Source: Nitrospiria bacterium (GTDB lineage: Bacteria; Nitrospirota; RBG-16-64-22). From it: a stretch of 52,607 nucleotides of DNA. The notes beneath the pieces were generated by a model, which was not told where the DNA came from, did not search any database, and worked only from the letters and a program-made list of their open reading frames with translations. The stretch is taken from assembly GCA_919903025.1 (NCBI GenBank), contig CAKKSE010000040.1:1-52607 (forward strand), written 5' to 3'. Each line of letters starts with the position of its first letter. The stretch's first letter is position 1. A program made the translations under genes and the position numbers. Positions 1-8,374 of this stretch are shown piece by piece.

Positions 1-1314
1 CATCTGGTCGAAGAGGCGCAGGAGCGCAAAGGCAAGGCGCAGCAGTGGATCGAGCGCTTCGGCCGGCGCTACAGCCCGGCGGTGCTGGCGGGCTCGGCTT
101 TACTTCTGGTCGTGCCGTGGGTCTTGGGATGGTCTCTTGCCGAATGGTCACTGCGCGCGGTGGTGCTGCTCGTGGCCGCCGCGCCGTGTGCGCTCATCAT
201 GTCCACGCCGGTCGCCATGGCCGCCGGCATCGGCTCCGGCGGGCGGCGCGGCATCCTCATCAAGGGCGGCGCGCACCTTGAACACTTGGGCGCGATCCGC
301 ACGGTCGCCTTCGACAAGACCGGCACGCTCACTCACGGCGAACCGGTCGTCACCGAGGTAGTCATGCTCGATGGCACGGAGCAGGAACTGCTCGCGATAG
401 CCGCGGCCCTCGAACACTACTCCGAGCATCCCCTGTCGCGGGCGATTGTCGCGCATGCACAGGCGACCGGCGCGCAGGCCGTTGCGGTCGAGGCCTTCGA
501 GGCGCTCGCCGGCGCCGGTGCCAAGGCCCGAATCGGGAATCAGACCTGGTACATCGGCAGCCCCGCGCTCTTCGAGCGACTCGGCGCCGGACGCAAGACT
601 GCCGAGACGCGCATCACCGCGCTCCAGGAACAGGGCAAGACCGTGGTGCTGGTCGGGAACGAAAACGGCGTGCGCGGGCTCATCGCCCTGCAGGACCACG
701 TGCGCGCCGGAGCAAGAGAGACAATCGCGCGGCTGCACGCGCACGGCCTATGCACCGCCATGCTCACCGGTGACAACGCGCGTACCGCCCACGCGGTTGC
801 CCGCGCGCTCGGCATTGACGACGTGTGCGCCGATTTAAAACCCGAAGACAAGGTCGCCGCCGTGCAGCAACTGGAGAAACTCCACGGCGCCGTGCTCATG
901 GTGGGCCACGGCGTCAACGACGCGCCGGCGCTCGCTGCCGCGACCTGCGGTGTGGCCATGGGCGCGGCCGGCACGGATGCCGCCATCGAGGCCGCCTACG
1001 TCGCGCTCATGGCTGACGATATCGGGAAGGTGGAGGAAGCGCTCGCGCTCGGCCGCAAGGCCCGGCGCATCTCCGCACAGAACATCGTGTTCTCGCTTCT
1101 CGTACTGGCCGCCATGATCCCGCTTGCCGTCCTCGGAGTCATTGGAGTGGCAGTGACGGTGCTGGTGCACGAGGCGAGCGAGCTGCTCTCGGTCGTCAAC
1201 GGACTCCGCGCTGGACGTCTTTCAAACCTGACCCGGCCGCGCGCCGGCCCCACCTCGTCGTCTTCCGCTCGCATCCGCGTCGATTCGGAAGCGCGCCGCA
1301 CAAGGATCTCTTGA
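1..1314 (+). CDS. Heavy-metal-translocating P1B-type ATPase, 5'-truncated by window edge (P1B-4-like APC/HE signature)
   Basis: Frame open from base 1 (HLVEEAQERKGKAQQWIERF...). Motifs AAPCAL, FDKTGTLT (phospho-Asp), SEHP, MLTGDN, GHGVNDAPALA (normally GDG), VHEAS in last TM. Confidence 0.92.
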   Translation, partial: HLVEEAQERKGKAQQWIERFGRRYSPAVLAGSALLLVVPWVLGWSLAEWSLRAVVLLVAAAPCALIMSTPVAMAAGIGSGGRRGILIKGGAHLEHLGAIRTVAFDKTGTLTHGEPVVTEVVMLDGTEQELLAIAAALEHYSEHPLSRAIVAHAQATGAQAVAVEAFEALAGAGAKARIGNQTWYIGSPALFERLGAGRKTAETRITALQEQGKTVVLVGNENGVRGLIALQDHVRAGARETIARLHAHGLCTAMLTGDNARTAHAVARALGIDDVCADLKPEDKVAAVQQLEKLHGAVLMVGHGVNDAPALAAATCGVAMGAAGTDAAIEAAYVALMADDIGKVEEALALGRKARRISAQNIVFSLLVLAAMIPLAVLGVIGVAVTVLVHEASELLSVVNGLRAGRLSNLTRPRAGPTSSSSARIRVDSEARRTRIS

Positions 1315-1529
1315 TTGCACCTCTTCACCTCCGCACTCAAACAGCCCCTTCTTGGCACCGGAGGACAGCTGCTGGATGACCACATATAAAACGACCCCCA
1401 GAGGAGCAAAGCCTGGGTGGACACACCGGATGAATCGCCCGCTCGCCTCTTCGAGGAGCAGTACCTTGAGACGCTTGCTCATGTGAACAAACACAAGGAG
1501 CAGTATGCGGCCACGGAGTGAGTCTAGAC

Positions 1530-2039
1530 TCAATTCCCTTGTTCCTCCGGTGCGGACTGTCGCGCCGCCCTACGCCAGATCCCCCAGAGGACGAGGCCCA
1601 GGAGAATGGCAAGCGACCCCTGCAGAGAGAGAAAGGCCGCGATCTTCATATACGCAAACCCCGGATGCACGAACCGCACGAGCCATCCCGCTCCCTCGTT
1701 CAACAGGGCCGAGAGGAACGGCACGGCGACCCCCACGGCCTTCCATCCGTTGCGGAGCGGAACAAACAGGAGCAGATGCGTAAGGAGAAGAAGGACCATC
1801 CCCATGATCGGCAGGTGGAAGTGCGTGACCTCCAGCATCCCCTGATACGTCCGGGGCGCCGTGTACTGCGCTTCGGAGCCGAGGTAGTACCCCACGACGG
1901 CTTCGTAGGAAAGCCCCATCTTCAGGAAGAAGAGGAGGAAGTTCGTCACCCACAGTCCCCCGAGAAACACAAAGGCCCAGGAGAGCGTGAGGCGCATCAG
2001 AGGAGCACCCTTCATCTCCCCGTTTGCCAGGTATTTCAT
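1530..2039 (-). CDS. Conserved ~4-TM membrane protein with His residues (THFHL, LTHL); third gene of porin/FMN operon
   Basis: 169 aa with hydrophobic segments; ATGA overlap with upstream FMN-binding gene. Confidence 0.8.
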   Translation of the reverse strand: MKYLANGEMKGAPLMRLTLSWAFVFLGGLWVTNFLLFFLKMGLSYEAVVGYYLGSEAQYTAPRTYQGMLEVTHFHLPIMGMVLLLLTHLLLFVPLRNGWKAVGVAVPFLSALLNEGAGWLVRFVHPGFAYMKIAAFLSLQGSLAILLGLVLWGIWRRAARQSAPEEQGN

Positions 2040-2575
2040 CGTCGATCCTCCGCAAGCTTCACCCGGTAGATCGCCAGCAGGCGGCGCACGGCATCGGAAA
2101 TGGCCCTTGACGAGAGCGTGGCCCCGCTGATCCCGTGGATTTCCCGCCCAACCCGAAGGTCCGGTGTCAGCCTACACCCTGCAAACTGCCCCAGCCACCG
2201 GGAAGAGGGCAGGTACTCGAGCGGCTCATGGAAGGCCAAGACATGGACGGCCCGCACCCTCCCCTCCGGGGTCAGGACAATGAGGACTGTCTCCGGCATC
2301 GTCCGCACGACGTGTGTTTCAATGAAGGCGTATCCCAGAACGCCCCCTGCTTTCCTGCCGACATAGACCGTCACGAGCCGGGATTCCAGGCGGCTCTGAG
2401 CCAGATCTTCGATCCGTCGAATTTCCCCCGGTGCCAGGAAGATGGTCCGGGCTTCCACGGACTCCGCCTCAGGAAAGGCGAGGCGGAGAGCCGCTTCCTT
2501 GCTGTGGAACACCGCAGCCCCCGCCTCCATCACACTACATACCAGCAGTACTAGTGCCAAAATAGCGCTTCGCAT
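2036..2575 (-). CDS. Exported FMN-binding domain protein (RnfG/NqrC-like flavinylation substrate)
   Basis: N-terminal signal peptide; C-terminal ISGATLSS flavinylation motif; V-x-V-L-A-F-H-E-P core. Confidence 0.85.
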   Translation of the reverse strand: MRSAILALVLLVCSVMEAGAAVFHSKEAALRLAFPEAESVEARTIFLAPGEIRRIEDLAQSRLESRLVTVYVGRKAGGVLGYAFIETHVVRTMPETVLIVLTPEGRVRAVHVLAFHEPLEYLPSSRWLGQFAGCRLTPDLRVGREIHGISGATLSSRAISDAVRRLLAIYRVKLAEDRR

Positions 2576-2595
2576 GACGGCTTAATCCCTGACTC

Positions 2596-3876
2596 TTAGA
2601 ACATGTAACTCATTCCCACGTTCCACTGGTTGATTCCGGTCCCCGCCGCGTTCCGCCGGTCCTGGTAGTCGAACTTGACGGCCACGTTCGGGATCGGCTT
2701 GTACGTGAGGCCCATCGTCCAGACCTGGCGATCGTTGGCCGGATCGGCCTGATATCCCGCCGGCACGGCAGCCTGCGTGTTCAATTGCTCGTAGCGGACG
2801 AAGGGGGAGAGGGCGTGCGTCGTCCTCGGCCGAAAGAGGGGCAGCACGTCGTAGGCGCCTTGCAGATACCACCCTTTCATCCGCGAGCCTACTGAGGCCT
2901 TCCCCGTGACCCCTTTCAGGAGGTTCACCCGGTCGGCCTCCCCCACGCATCCCTCGGCATACAGCGCCCGGAGGTCGATCCCCCGCCATCGCCATTGGGC
3001 ATGGAGGTCCCAGAGCGTGACGGGCGCCTCAAGCGTCTGCCCGCCGACCTGATCCCCCTGCCCCGAGTTCCCGGCGAAGAACGAGGCGCCCAACGTGAGT
3101 CCGGGCACTCCTTTGTAGTCCAGGCGGCCGGTGAACGCCAGGTCCTCGGCCAGGCTCCGCGCCCCGCTCTGACGCCCGCCACGCACCCCCTCGGCCGCCG
3201 AGAACCCCGAGGCTTTCAACCCGGCTGTGACGTAGAAGCGGTAGTCCAGACCCGGAAGCGGCTCGCCGAACACCCCGACGCCGTTCTCCCGCCACGTCGT
3301 GGGGAGGATGAACCGCTCCACGTCCGGACGGAGGACGCCGTGGAACGTGACCGGCTCATGCTGCTCGTTCACCCATCCCATGGGGATGAGGACCATCCCC
3401 ATGCGGAGATTGGCGGCCGGGTGCAGGAGGAAATCGAGGTGGGCGAACTCCACCGACGCCTCCCCGCCCTTCCCCGTGCTCGCATGCTCGAACTCCAGCT
3501 CCGAGTTGAAGATCACCCGGTCGGAGAACTTGTATCCTAGGTAGATGACGCTCCGGAGGAAGTCGGCTTGGTCCCGCTTCCCCGAGGGGGTGCCGTCGTC
3601 CTTCGTCCCCTTGAAATTCTCGTACGTCAGCTCGCCGTAGCCGGCCAGCGAAACGCCCCGCGTGATCCCGTAGACCCTGGAGGCCGCCGGCCCCAGGCCG
3701 AAGTAGGGCTTCAATTCTTCCTTCTCCGGCAGCACGAGTTGCGTCTTCAGCTTCTCGATCTCCTCGGCCAGGATGCCGATCCTCCGCTCGACCTCCCGTG
3801 AAGCCGTCTCTTCGGCCGTTGCGGGACTCCCCGCGAGCAGGATGCCCAACGCCAACACCATCCATCGTGTTCCCAT
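2596..3876 (-). CDS. Outer-membrane beta-barrel porin with N-terminal coiled segment (OprO/P-like)
   Basis: Signal peptide MGTRWMVLALG after GAGGAGGA RBS; amphipathic strands, ELEFEH motif, C-terminal Phe (GMSYMF). Confidence 0.82.
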   Translation of the reverse strand: MGTRWMVLALGILLAGSPATAEETASREVERRIGILAEEIEKLKTQLVLPEKEELKPYFGLGPAASRVYGITRGVSLAGYGELTYENFKGTKDDGTPSGKRDQADFLRSVIYLGYKFSDRVIFNSELEFEHASTGKGGEASVEFAHLDFLLHPAANLRMGMVLIPMGWVNEQHEPVTFHGVLRPDVERFILPTTWRENGVGVFGEPLPGLDYRFYVTAGLKASGFSAAEGVRGGRQSGARSLAEDLAFTGRLDYKGVPGLTLGASFFAGNSGQGDQVGGQTLEAPVTLWDLHAQWRWRGIDLRALYAEGCVGEADRVNLLKGVTGKASVGSRMKGWYLQGAYDVLPLFRPRTTHALSPFVRYEQLNTQAAVPAGYQADPANDRQVWTMGLTYKPIPNVAVKFDYQDRRNAAGTGINQWNVGMSYMF

Positions 3877-3896
3877 GACGTGTCCTCCTCTGGTTG

Positions 3897-3916
3897 CCTG
3901 CCTGCCAACAGGCAGG
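3897..3916. repeat. Short palindromic element CCTGCCTG-CCAA-CAGGCAGG
   Basis: Perfect 8-bp inverted repeat between terminator and porin RBS. Confidence 0.6.
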
Positions 3917-3921
3917 GATGT

Positions 3922-3975
3922 GAAACAAAAAAAGCCCACAGGGGTCCGGGATCAACCGGACCGCGCCGTGGGCTC
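3922..3975 (-). terminator. Intrinsic terminator/attenuator in the porin-operon leader
   Basis: Minus strand AGCCCACGG..GGTCCGG-TTGATC-CCGGACC..CTGTGGGCT followed by a T7 run then GTTT, ~45 nt before porin start. Confidence 0.85.
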
Positions 3976-4032
3976 TGGGCTCAAACATCCTCGGGCCTCT
4001 TACATCTGATTACTGACTCGCGTCTACCATCA

Positions 4033-4085
4033 AGGCTAAGGTTGAGGTTCAGAAAATCCTAGACCTCGACCTCAGCCTCAACCTC
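4033..4085. repeat. Hexamer tandem/inverted repeat (AGGYTN)n...(RRCCTC)n
   Basis: aggcta aggttg aggttc ... gacctc gacctc agcctc aacctc; overlaps stop of zinc-ribbon ORF. Confidence 0.65.
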
Positions 4086-4251
4086 GTGCCTTCTGACTCC
4101 CGACTTCTGTTCCCAGCGGGATCCGCCACACCCGCTTGCACCGGCGGCACTTCAGCTCGACGGCGCCGTCCACCAGCCGGGCGATGAGCGAACCGCAGGG
4201 GCAGCGGAACTCGTCGCATTTTGTATGATTATGACATTCATTTTCAATCAT
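4078..4251 (-). CDS. Small Com-like (Mu Com family) zinc-ribbon protein; start uncertain
   Basis: EFRCPCGSLIARL...VELKCRRCKR: CxC + CxxC knuckle pattern typical of Com-family proteins. The in-frame ATG lies within the predicted promoter. Confidence 0.65.
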   Translation of the reverse strand: MIENECHNHTKCDEFRCPCGSLIARLVDGAVELKCRRCKRVWRIPLGTEVGSQKARG

Positions 4252-4256
4252 GTCAA
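4228..4256 (-). promoter_or_regulatory. sigma70 promoter TTGACA-N17-CATAAT with Fur-type box in spacer (4232-4246)
   Basis: Minus strand ttgaca tgattgaaaatgaatgt cataat; TGAAAAT-G-AATGTCA resembles the box upstream of fur. Confidence 0.75.
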
Positions 4257-4265
4257 GCAAAAATC

Positions 4266-4421
4266 TCACCCCCTCCGCTCGAAGACCACCGTATGGAGCA
4301 CGTCGGCCCAGACCCGGCTGCCGACCTCCAGCACCGTCGTGGAAGACTGCGTGCTGTGGACGACCTGGCCGGAGGGGAGCGCGACAGCGTAGAGGTTCTC
4401 CGACCCGTTCTCGGCGGCCAC
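4266..4421 (-). pseudogene. Remnant of ABC ATPase C-terminal TOBE domain (FbpC/PotA-like)
   Basis: Own translation: VAAENGSENLYAVALPSGQVVHSTQSSTTVLEVGSRVWADVLHTVVFERRG*. An in-frame TAG lies just upstream and there is no ATPase domain. Confidence 0.5.
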
Positions 4422-4474
4422 CCGCTAGCGGGAGCCGTCTATCAAACCGCGCCCAGGCACGTGCCTTGCGCGCC

Positions 4475-5167
4475 TCACCCTCCCACCCGCTTTACGAATA
4501 TCTCCTTCGCGATCTCCTCGTCCACGGCGAGGGTCGTCTCGCCGATCTCGAGGACGATCGAAGGCTGTTTCTGGACGAGCCGGACCGTGCTCCCTGGCAC
4601 GAGCCCCATCGCGCCCAGCTTCGGCAGGCGAGACGTGAACCCCGGCGTCATGAAGGCGACGCGCCCCGCCTCTCCCGGCGAGAGGTCCGACAGGCGGGAG
4701 ACGAGAGGCTTCAGGTCGCGCCGGTACTTGGCGCAACAGTCCCCTCGCGGGATCGGCTTGCCGTCCGGCGTCGTCGTGGGATGGCCGAGGAAGGCGCAGA
4801 CGGAGTCGGTCACCTGGGGCGAGAGGATGTGCTCGAACTCGCACGCGTGCCGAGTCGCCTCCTGGTCCCCCAGGTCGAAGACGTCCACGAGAAGGCGGCG
4901 GGAGAGCCTGAACCGCCGCACGATCCCCCGGGCCCATTCGTCGCCCGTCTGGGTCAGGGCGATCTCCTCTCCGGCGATCTTCAAGTGTCCTTCGCGGACA
5001 AGATGGTCGAGGAGCGAGCGCGGATCCGGCTCCAGCGTGACCGCCAGCGCGTCGGCGAGACGCGTCTTTCCCTCTTCCCGGAGAGTCCAGATCTGCTCCA
5101 GAATCTCCTCCAGCTTCTGCTTCTTGACCTGTTCTTCTTCGCCGTGCGGGGGGCAAAGCTCAACCAT
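4475..5167 (-). CDS. DtxR/MntR-family metal-dependent regulator with C-terminal FeoA/SH3 domain
   Basis: EEILEQIW, ACEFEHIL, FLGHPTTTPDGKPIP, then FeoA-like LSDL..G..LGAMGLVPG; AAGGAGG RBS. Confidence 0.9.
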   Translation of the reverse strand: MVELCPPHGEEEQVKKQKLEEILEQIWTLREEGKTRLADALAVTLEPDPRSLLDHLVREGHLKIAGEEIALTQTGDEWARGIVRRFRLSRRLLVDVFDLGDQEATRHACEFEHILSPQVTDSVCAFLGHPTTTPDGKPIPRGDCCAKYRRDLKPLVSRLSDLSPGEAGRVAFMTPGFTSRLPKLGAMGLVPGSTVRLVQKQPSIVLEIGETTLAVDEEIAKEIFVKRVGG

Positions 5168-5193
5168 GACGTTCCTCCTTCAAACAAGGCTTC

Positions 5194-5282
5194 ACCGCAG
5201 AGAACGCGGAGCACGCCGAGAAAATCGTTCTTTGATCTCAAGTGTAGCCCTTTTTCTCTGCGCCCTCCGCGTTCTCCGCGGT
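5194..5282. repeat. 9-mer-periodic inverted repeat element
   Basis: accgcagagaacgcggagcacgccgaga ... tctctgcgccctccgcgttctccgcggt between feoB and the DtxR gene. Confidence 0.7.
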
Positions 5283-5297
5283 CCAGGATGTTTCGTA

Positions 5298-7271
5298 CTA
5301 CAAGACCGGAACTAGGTTCAGAATCCAGTGCACTATTCCTCCAACAACGAACGCGAAGGGAAAGATGAACGCCGCCATTCCCAGGGCGGGCCTCAGGCCC
5401 CTCTCCTTGATCATCATGAAGAAATTCGCGATGCACGGAACGAACAGCGTGATCGTGACGAGCGACACGACGACCTGGTGCGCGTCCATCTGACCGGCCT
5501 TCTGGAGGGCGAACAAGCCCGCCGCGCCGTAGTCCCGCCGGAGGAACCCGACGAGAAACGCCTCGGTCGCGCGGGCCGGAAGCCCCAGGAAACCCTCCAC
5601 CAAGGGGGAAGTCACGCCGGTGAGCCACGCGAGGACGCTCATCCGGTCGAGGACGAACAGGACCAGCGTCCCCAGGATGAAGAGGGGAACGGCCTCCCGA
5701 AGGTACCACTCCACCCGTCCGGCGGTCTTGACGAGGATGTTGGAGAGGAGGGGACGGCGGATCGGGGGGATCTCCAGCATGAACTCCGTGTCGTCCCCTT
5801 TGAAGATGCGCGCGGAGAGAAAACCGACGAGAAAGATCACGCCGACGAGCGTCCCCACCCAGACCGCGATGCCAGCCCAGGGAAGCGTGGCGGCCATGCC
5901 CGTTACGACGCCAAGCTGGGCCGAGCAGGGAACGCCGAGGGCGAGGAGAAGCGTCACGATCATCCGCTCCTTCCGCGTCTCCAGGATCCGCGTCGTCATC
6001 GTCGCCATCGTGTCGCACCCGAGGCCGAGGATCATTGGAAGGACCGCTTTCCCGTTGAGCCCCATCGCCTTGAAGATCTTGTTGAGCATGACGGCCAGGC
6101 GGGGGAGGTATCCGGTGTCTTCGAGAACGGCGAACGCGATGAAGAACGTCGTCGTGATTGGAAGAACGATTGCGATGGCGTAGGTTAACGCCATCGTGAC
6201 GATCCCGTATTCCCCCACGAACAGATCCTGGAGGGGCTTCCAGGGAACGAGAAGAGTAATGAGGCGCGTCGCCCACGGGTTCAGGAACTGGCCGAAGACC
6301 GTTTCCTCGAAAAAATCGACCAGGACGCCCGCCCCGAGCTGGCCGACGAAATAGTAGATCAGAACAAGGACAAGGAGAAGGATCGGCACGCCCCAGACCG
6401 GGTGCATGGACCACTCCCCGAAGGCCCGGACCCACTGCGAACCGGCCGGGGGGAGCCGCGTCATCACGGATTGGAGGAGCGTATCCACGGTCCGCAGGCG
6501 CTGTTCGCCGATCACGTAGGCGAGCGGGAAGCCGTACCTGCGCTGGACCTCTTCCCGGACCTCTTCGAGGCGTTGGACCGCCGCCGCGTCAAGGCGGGCG
6601 TTCAGCCACTGTTTGAGGGAGGCGTCCCCGGCGAGGACCATCAGGGCGATCGACTCACGGGAAATGGGGGCGTCCGGGAGAAGCGCGGCGATCCGATCTA
6701 TCCCGTCCCGGATGGGCGCGTCGTAAACCGCCCGGAACGACGACGGCCGGGCGCCGCCGACCGCTTCCCTGAGCGCGTCGATCCCCTGCCGCTGAACGGC
6801 GACCGTCGTCACGACCGGAATTCCCAGTCTCCCGGCGAGGAGTCCCGCGTCCACGAAGACTCCCCGCGAACGGGCCTCGTCGTCCATGTTGAGGTCGAGA
6901 GCGACGGGCAGTCCCATCTCGATGAGTTGGATCGTCAGGAGGAGGCTGCGGCGGATGTTCTTCGCGTCCGCGACCTGGATGACGGCCCTCGGCGTCTCGG
7001 CTAGCAGGATGTCGCGCGTCACGAGCTCGTCCTCGGACGTCGGAACGAGCGAGTTGACGCCCGGCGTGTCGATGACGACGGCCCGGCGTCTGCCGAAGAC
7101 GGCGTTGCCCGTGCTCACTTCGACCGTCGTCCCGGGGTAGTTGGAGACGGTCACGTACTTCCCGGTCAGGAGACCGAAGATCGAACTTTTGCCGACGTTC
7201 GGATTGCCGAGGAGAATGACGCGGTCAACTCCCTCGTGGACAGCGGACGCGGAGACACCATGCTCGTGCAA
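5298..7271 (-). CDS. feoB: Ferrous iron transport protein B
   Basis: GNPNVGKS, VSNYPGTTV, DTPG, NMDD G-domain; LEDTGYLPR, GLGC, VPC gate motifs. Confidence 0.97.
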   Translation of the reverse strand: MHEHGVSASAVHEGVDRVILLGNPNVGKSSIFGLLTGKYVTVSNYPGTTVEVSTGNAVFGRRRAVVIDTPGVNSLVPTSEDELVTRDILLAETPRAVIQVADAKNIRRSLLLTIQLIEMGLPVALDLNMDDEARSRGVFVDAGLLAGRLGIPVVTTVAVQRQGIDALREAVGGARPSSFRAVYDAPIRDGIDRIAALLPDAPISRESIALMVLAGDASLKQWLNARLDAAAVQRLEEVREEVQRRYGFPLAYVIGEQRLRTVDTLLQSVMTRLPPAGSQWVRAFGEWSMHPVWGVPILLLVLVLIYYFVGQLGAGVLVDFFEETVFGQFLNPWATRLITLLVPWKPLQDLFVGEYGIVTMALTYAIAIVLPITTTFFIAFAVLEDTGYLPRLAVMLNKIFKAMGLNGKAVLPMILGLGCDTMATMTTRILETRKERMIVTLLLALGVPCSAQLGVVTGMAATLPWAGIAVWVGTLVGVIFLVGFLSARIFKGDDTEFMLEIPPIRRPLLSNILVKTAGRVEWYLREAVPLFILGTLVLFVLDRMSVLAWLTGVTSPLVEGFLGLPARATEAFLVGFLRRDYGAAGLFALQKAGQMDAHQVVVSLVTITLFVPCIANFFMMIKERGLRPALGMAAFIFPFAFVVGGIVHWILNLVPVL

Positions 7272-7324
7272 GAGGAACCTCCGGCCGGCGCGCGGGCCTG
7301 TGGCGCCGCACCGGGAAGAATTCG

Positions 7325-7432
7325 TTGAAGAACCCCGCCTTGAAAGGCGGGAATTCTTCGACCTCCAAGGTGCTTTTCGATATTTGCATTCGTTCGCCGT
7401 AATCCCCGCCCCAAGGGGCGGGGATTACGGCG
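7325..7432 (-). mobile_element. Candidate IS200/IS605-derived non-autonomous element (two CCCGCC hairpins, ...TTCAA end)
   Basis: Perfect 18-bp IR at 7395-7432, plus GAATTCCCGCCTTTCAAGGCGGGGTTCTTCAA on the minus strand, resembling IS605 right ends. Confidence 0.45.
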
Positions 7433-7443
7433 CACTGCGCGGT

Positions 7444-8268
7444 TCAGTTGTGCGCGGATGATTTTCCGGCCCTGTGCACCAGGAGACTCGCCACCGTGAG
7501 CGCCGCGGCGTAGGCCAGAACTTCCGTCAATGCCGGGTTGGCCCGGTAGCCCGTGAGCGTCCGGACGGCCGTCCCGGCTAGGCTCTTGTGGTCGAGAAGC
7601 CATGAAGTGTTCCAGAGCGGCTTGACGATCGCCGGGACAAGACCGAGTTCGACCGCCTCGTGAACGGCGCTTGAGGCAAGCCCCGCAATCAACATAACGA
7701 GCAGGACCGTCGAGACCCGGAAAAACCAAGCGACAGGCAGGCGGGAAATCCCGGCGAAGAAGAGCCACGCAAGCCCCGCCGCAAGAACGATCCCGCCGGC
7801 GCCCGCCGCGAGCATGGACGCGTGGCTCACTGTCTCCGTCTGTTGAAGAACGATGCTCCAGAGGAACAAAACCGTCTCGGCCCCCTCGCGGAGTACTCCC
7901 AGGAAGGCGATCGCCGCCACGCCGCCCCAGGCCCCCCGCGTCAGGACCTCCTCCGCCCGCCGCTCGATCTCTCCCCGAAGAACGCGCTTGTTTCTCTGCA
8001 TCCAGACGAGCATCTGCGTGAGCAGGACCGCCGCCACGGAGAAGACGCCCAGTTCCATCCACTTCTCGGCCGGCCCTTCCCATGCGAATCCGTACGCCTT
8101 CACGATGCCGCCCAACGCCAGGCTCGCGATCACCCCCAAGCCCGCCCCCGCCCAGACGCCGGCGACGGCCCTCGGCTCCCCCAGCCTCCTGACCGCCGTC
8201 AGGAGTATCCCAATAATGATCGCCGCCTCCAGCGACTCACGCCATGTCACGAGCATTACGCTTGCCAT
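7444..8268 (-). CDS. FTR1/EfeU-family iron permease
   Basis: Two RExxE motifs (RESLE, REGAE), ~7 TMs, C-terminal LTGY. Confidence 0.93.
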   Translation of the reverse strand: MASVMLVTWRESLEAAIIIGILLTAVRRLGEPRAVAGVWAGAGLGVIASLALGGIVKAYGFAWEGPAEKWMELGVFSVAAVLLTQMLVWMQRNKRVLRGEIERRAEEVLTRGAWGGVAAIAFLGVLREGAETVLFLWSIVLQQTETVSHASMLAAGAGGIVLAAGLAWLFFAGISRLPVAWFFRVSTVLLVMLIAGLASSAVHEAVELGLVPAIVKPLWNTSWLLDHKSLAGTAVRTLTGYRANPALTEVLAYAAALTVASLLVHRAGKSSAHN

Positions 8269-8293
8269 TGCATCCTCCAGGCAAATGCAGTGC

Positions 8294-8367
8294 GTAGTTC
8301 AGAGTTCAGAGTTGGGAGTCGAGGCAGTGGAAAGAACGCTCCGAACTCCACACCCCGAACTCCGAAC
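8294..8367. repeat. Heptamer tandem/inverted repeat (AGAGTTC)n...(CTCCGAA)n
   Basis: Between fur and FTR1. Confidence 0.7.
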
Positions 8368-8374
8368 CGACTCT

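Noticed and set aside
3877-3939. N-terminal extension of the porin in the ORF track
   Set aside because: It overlaps the terminator and palindrome; the RBS and signal peptide support a start at 3876.
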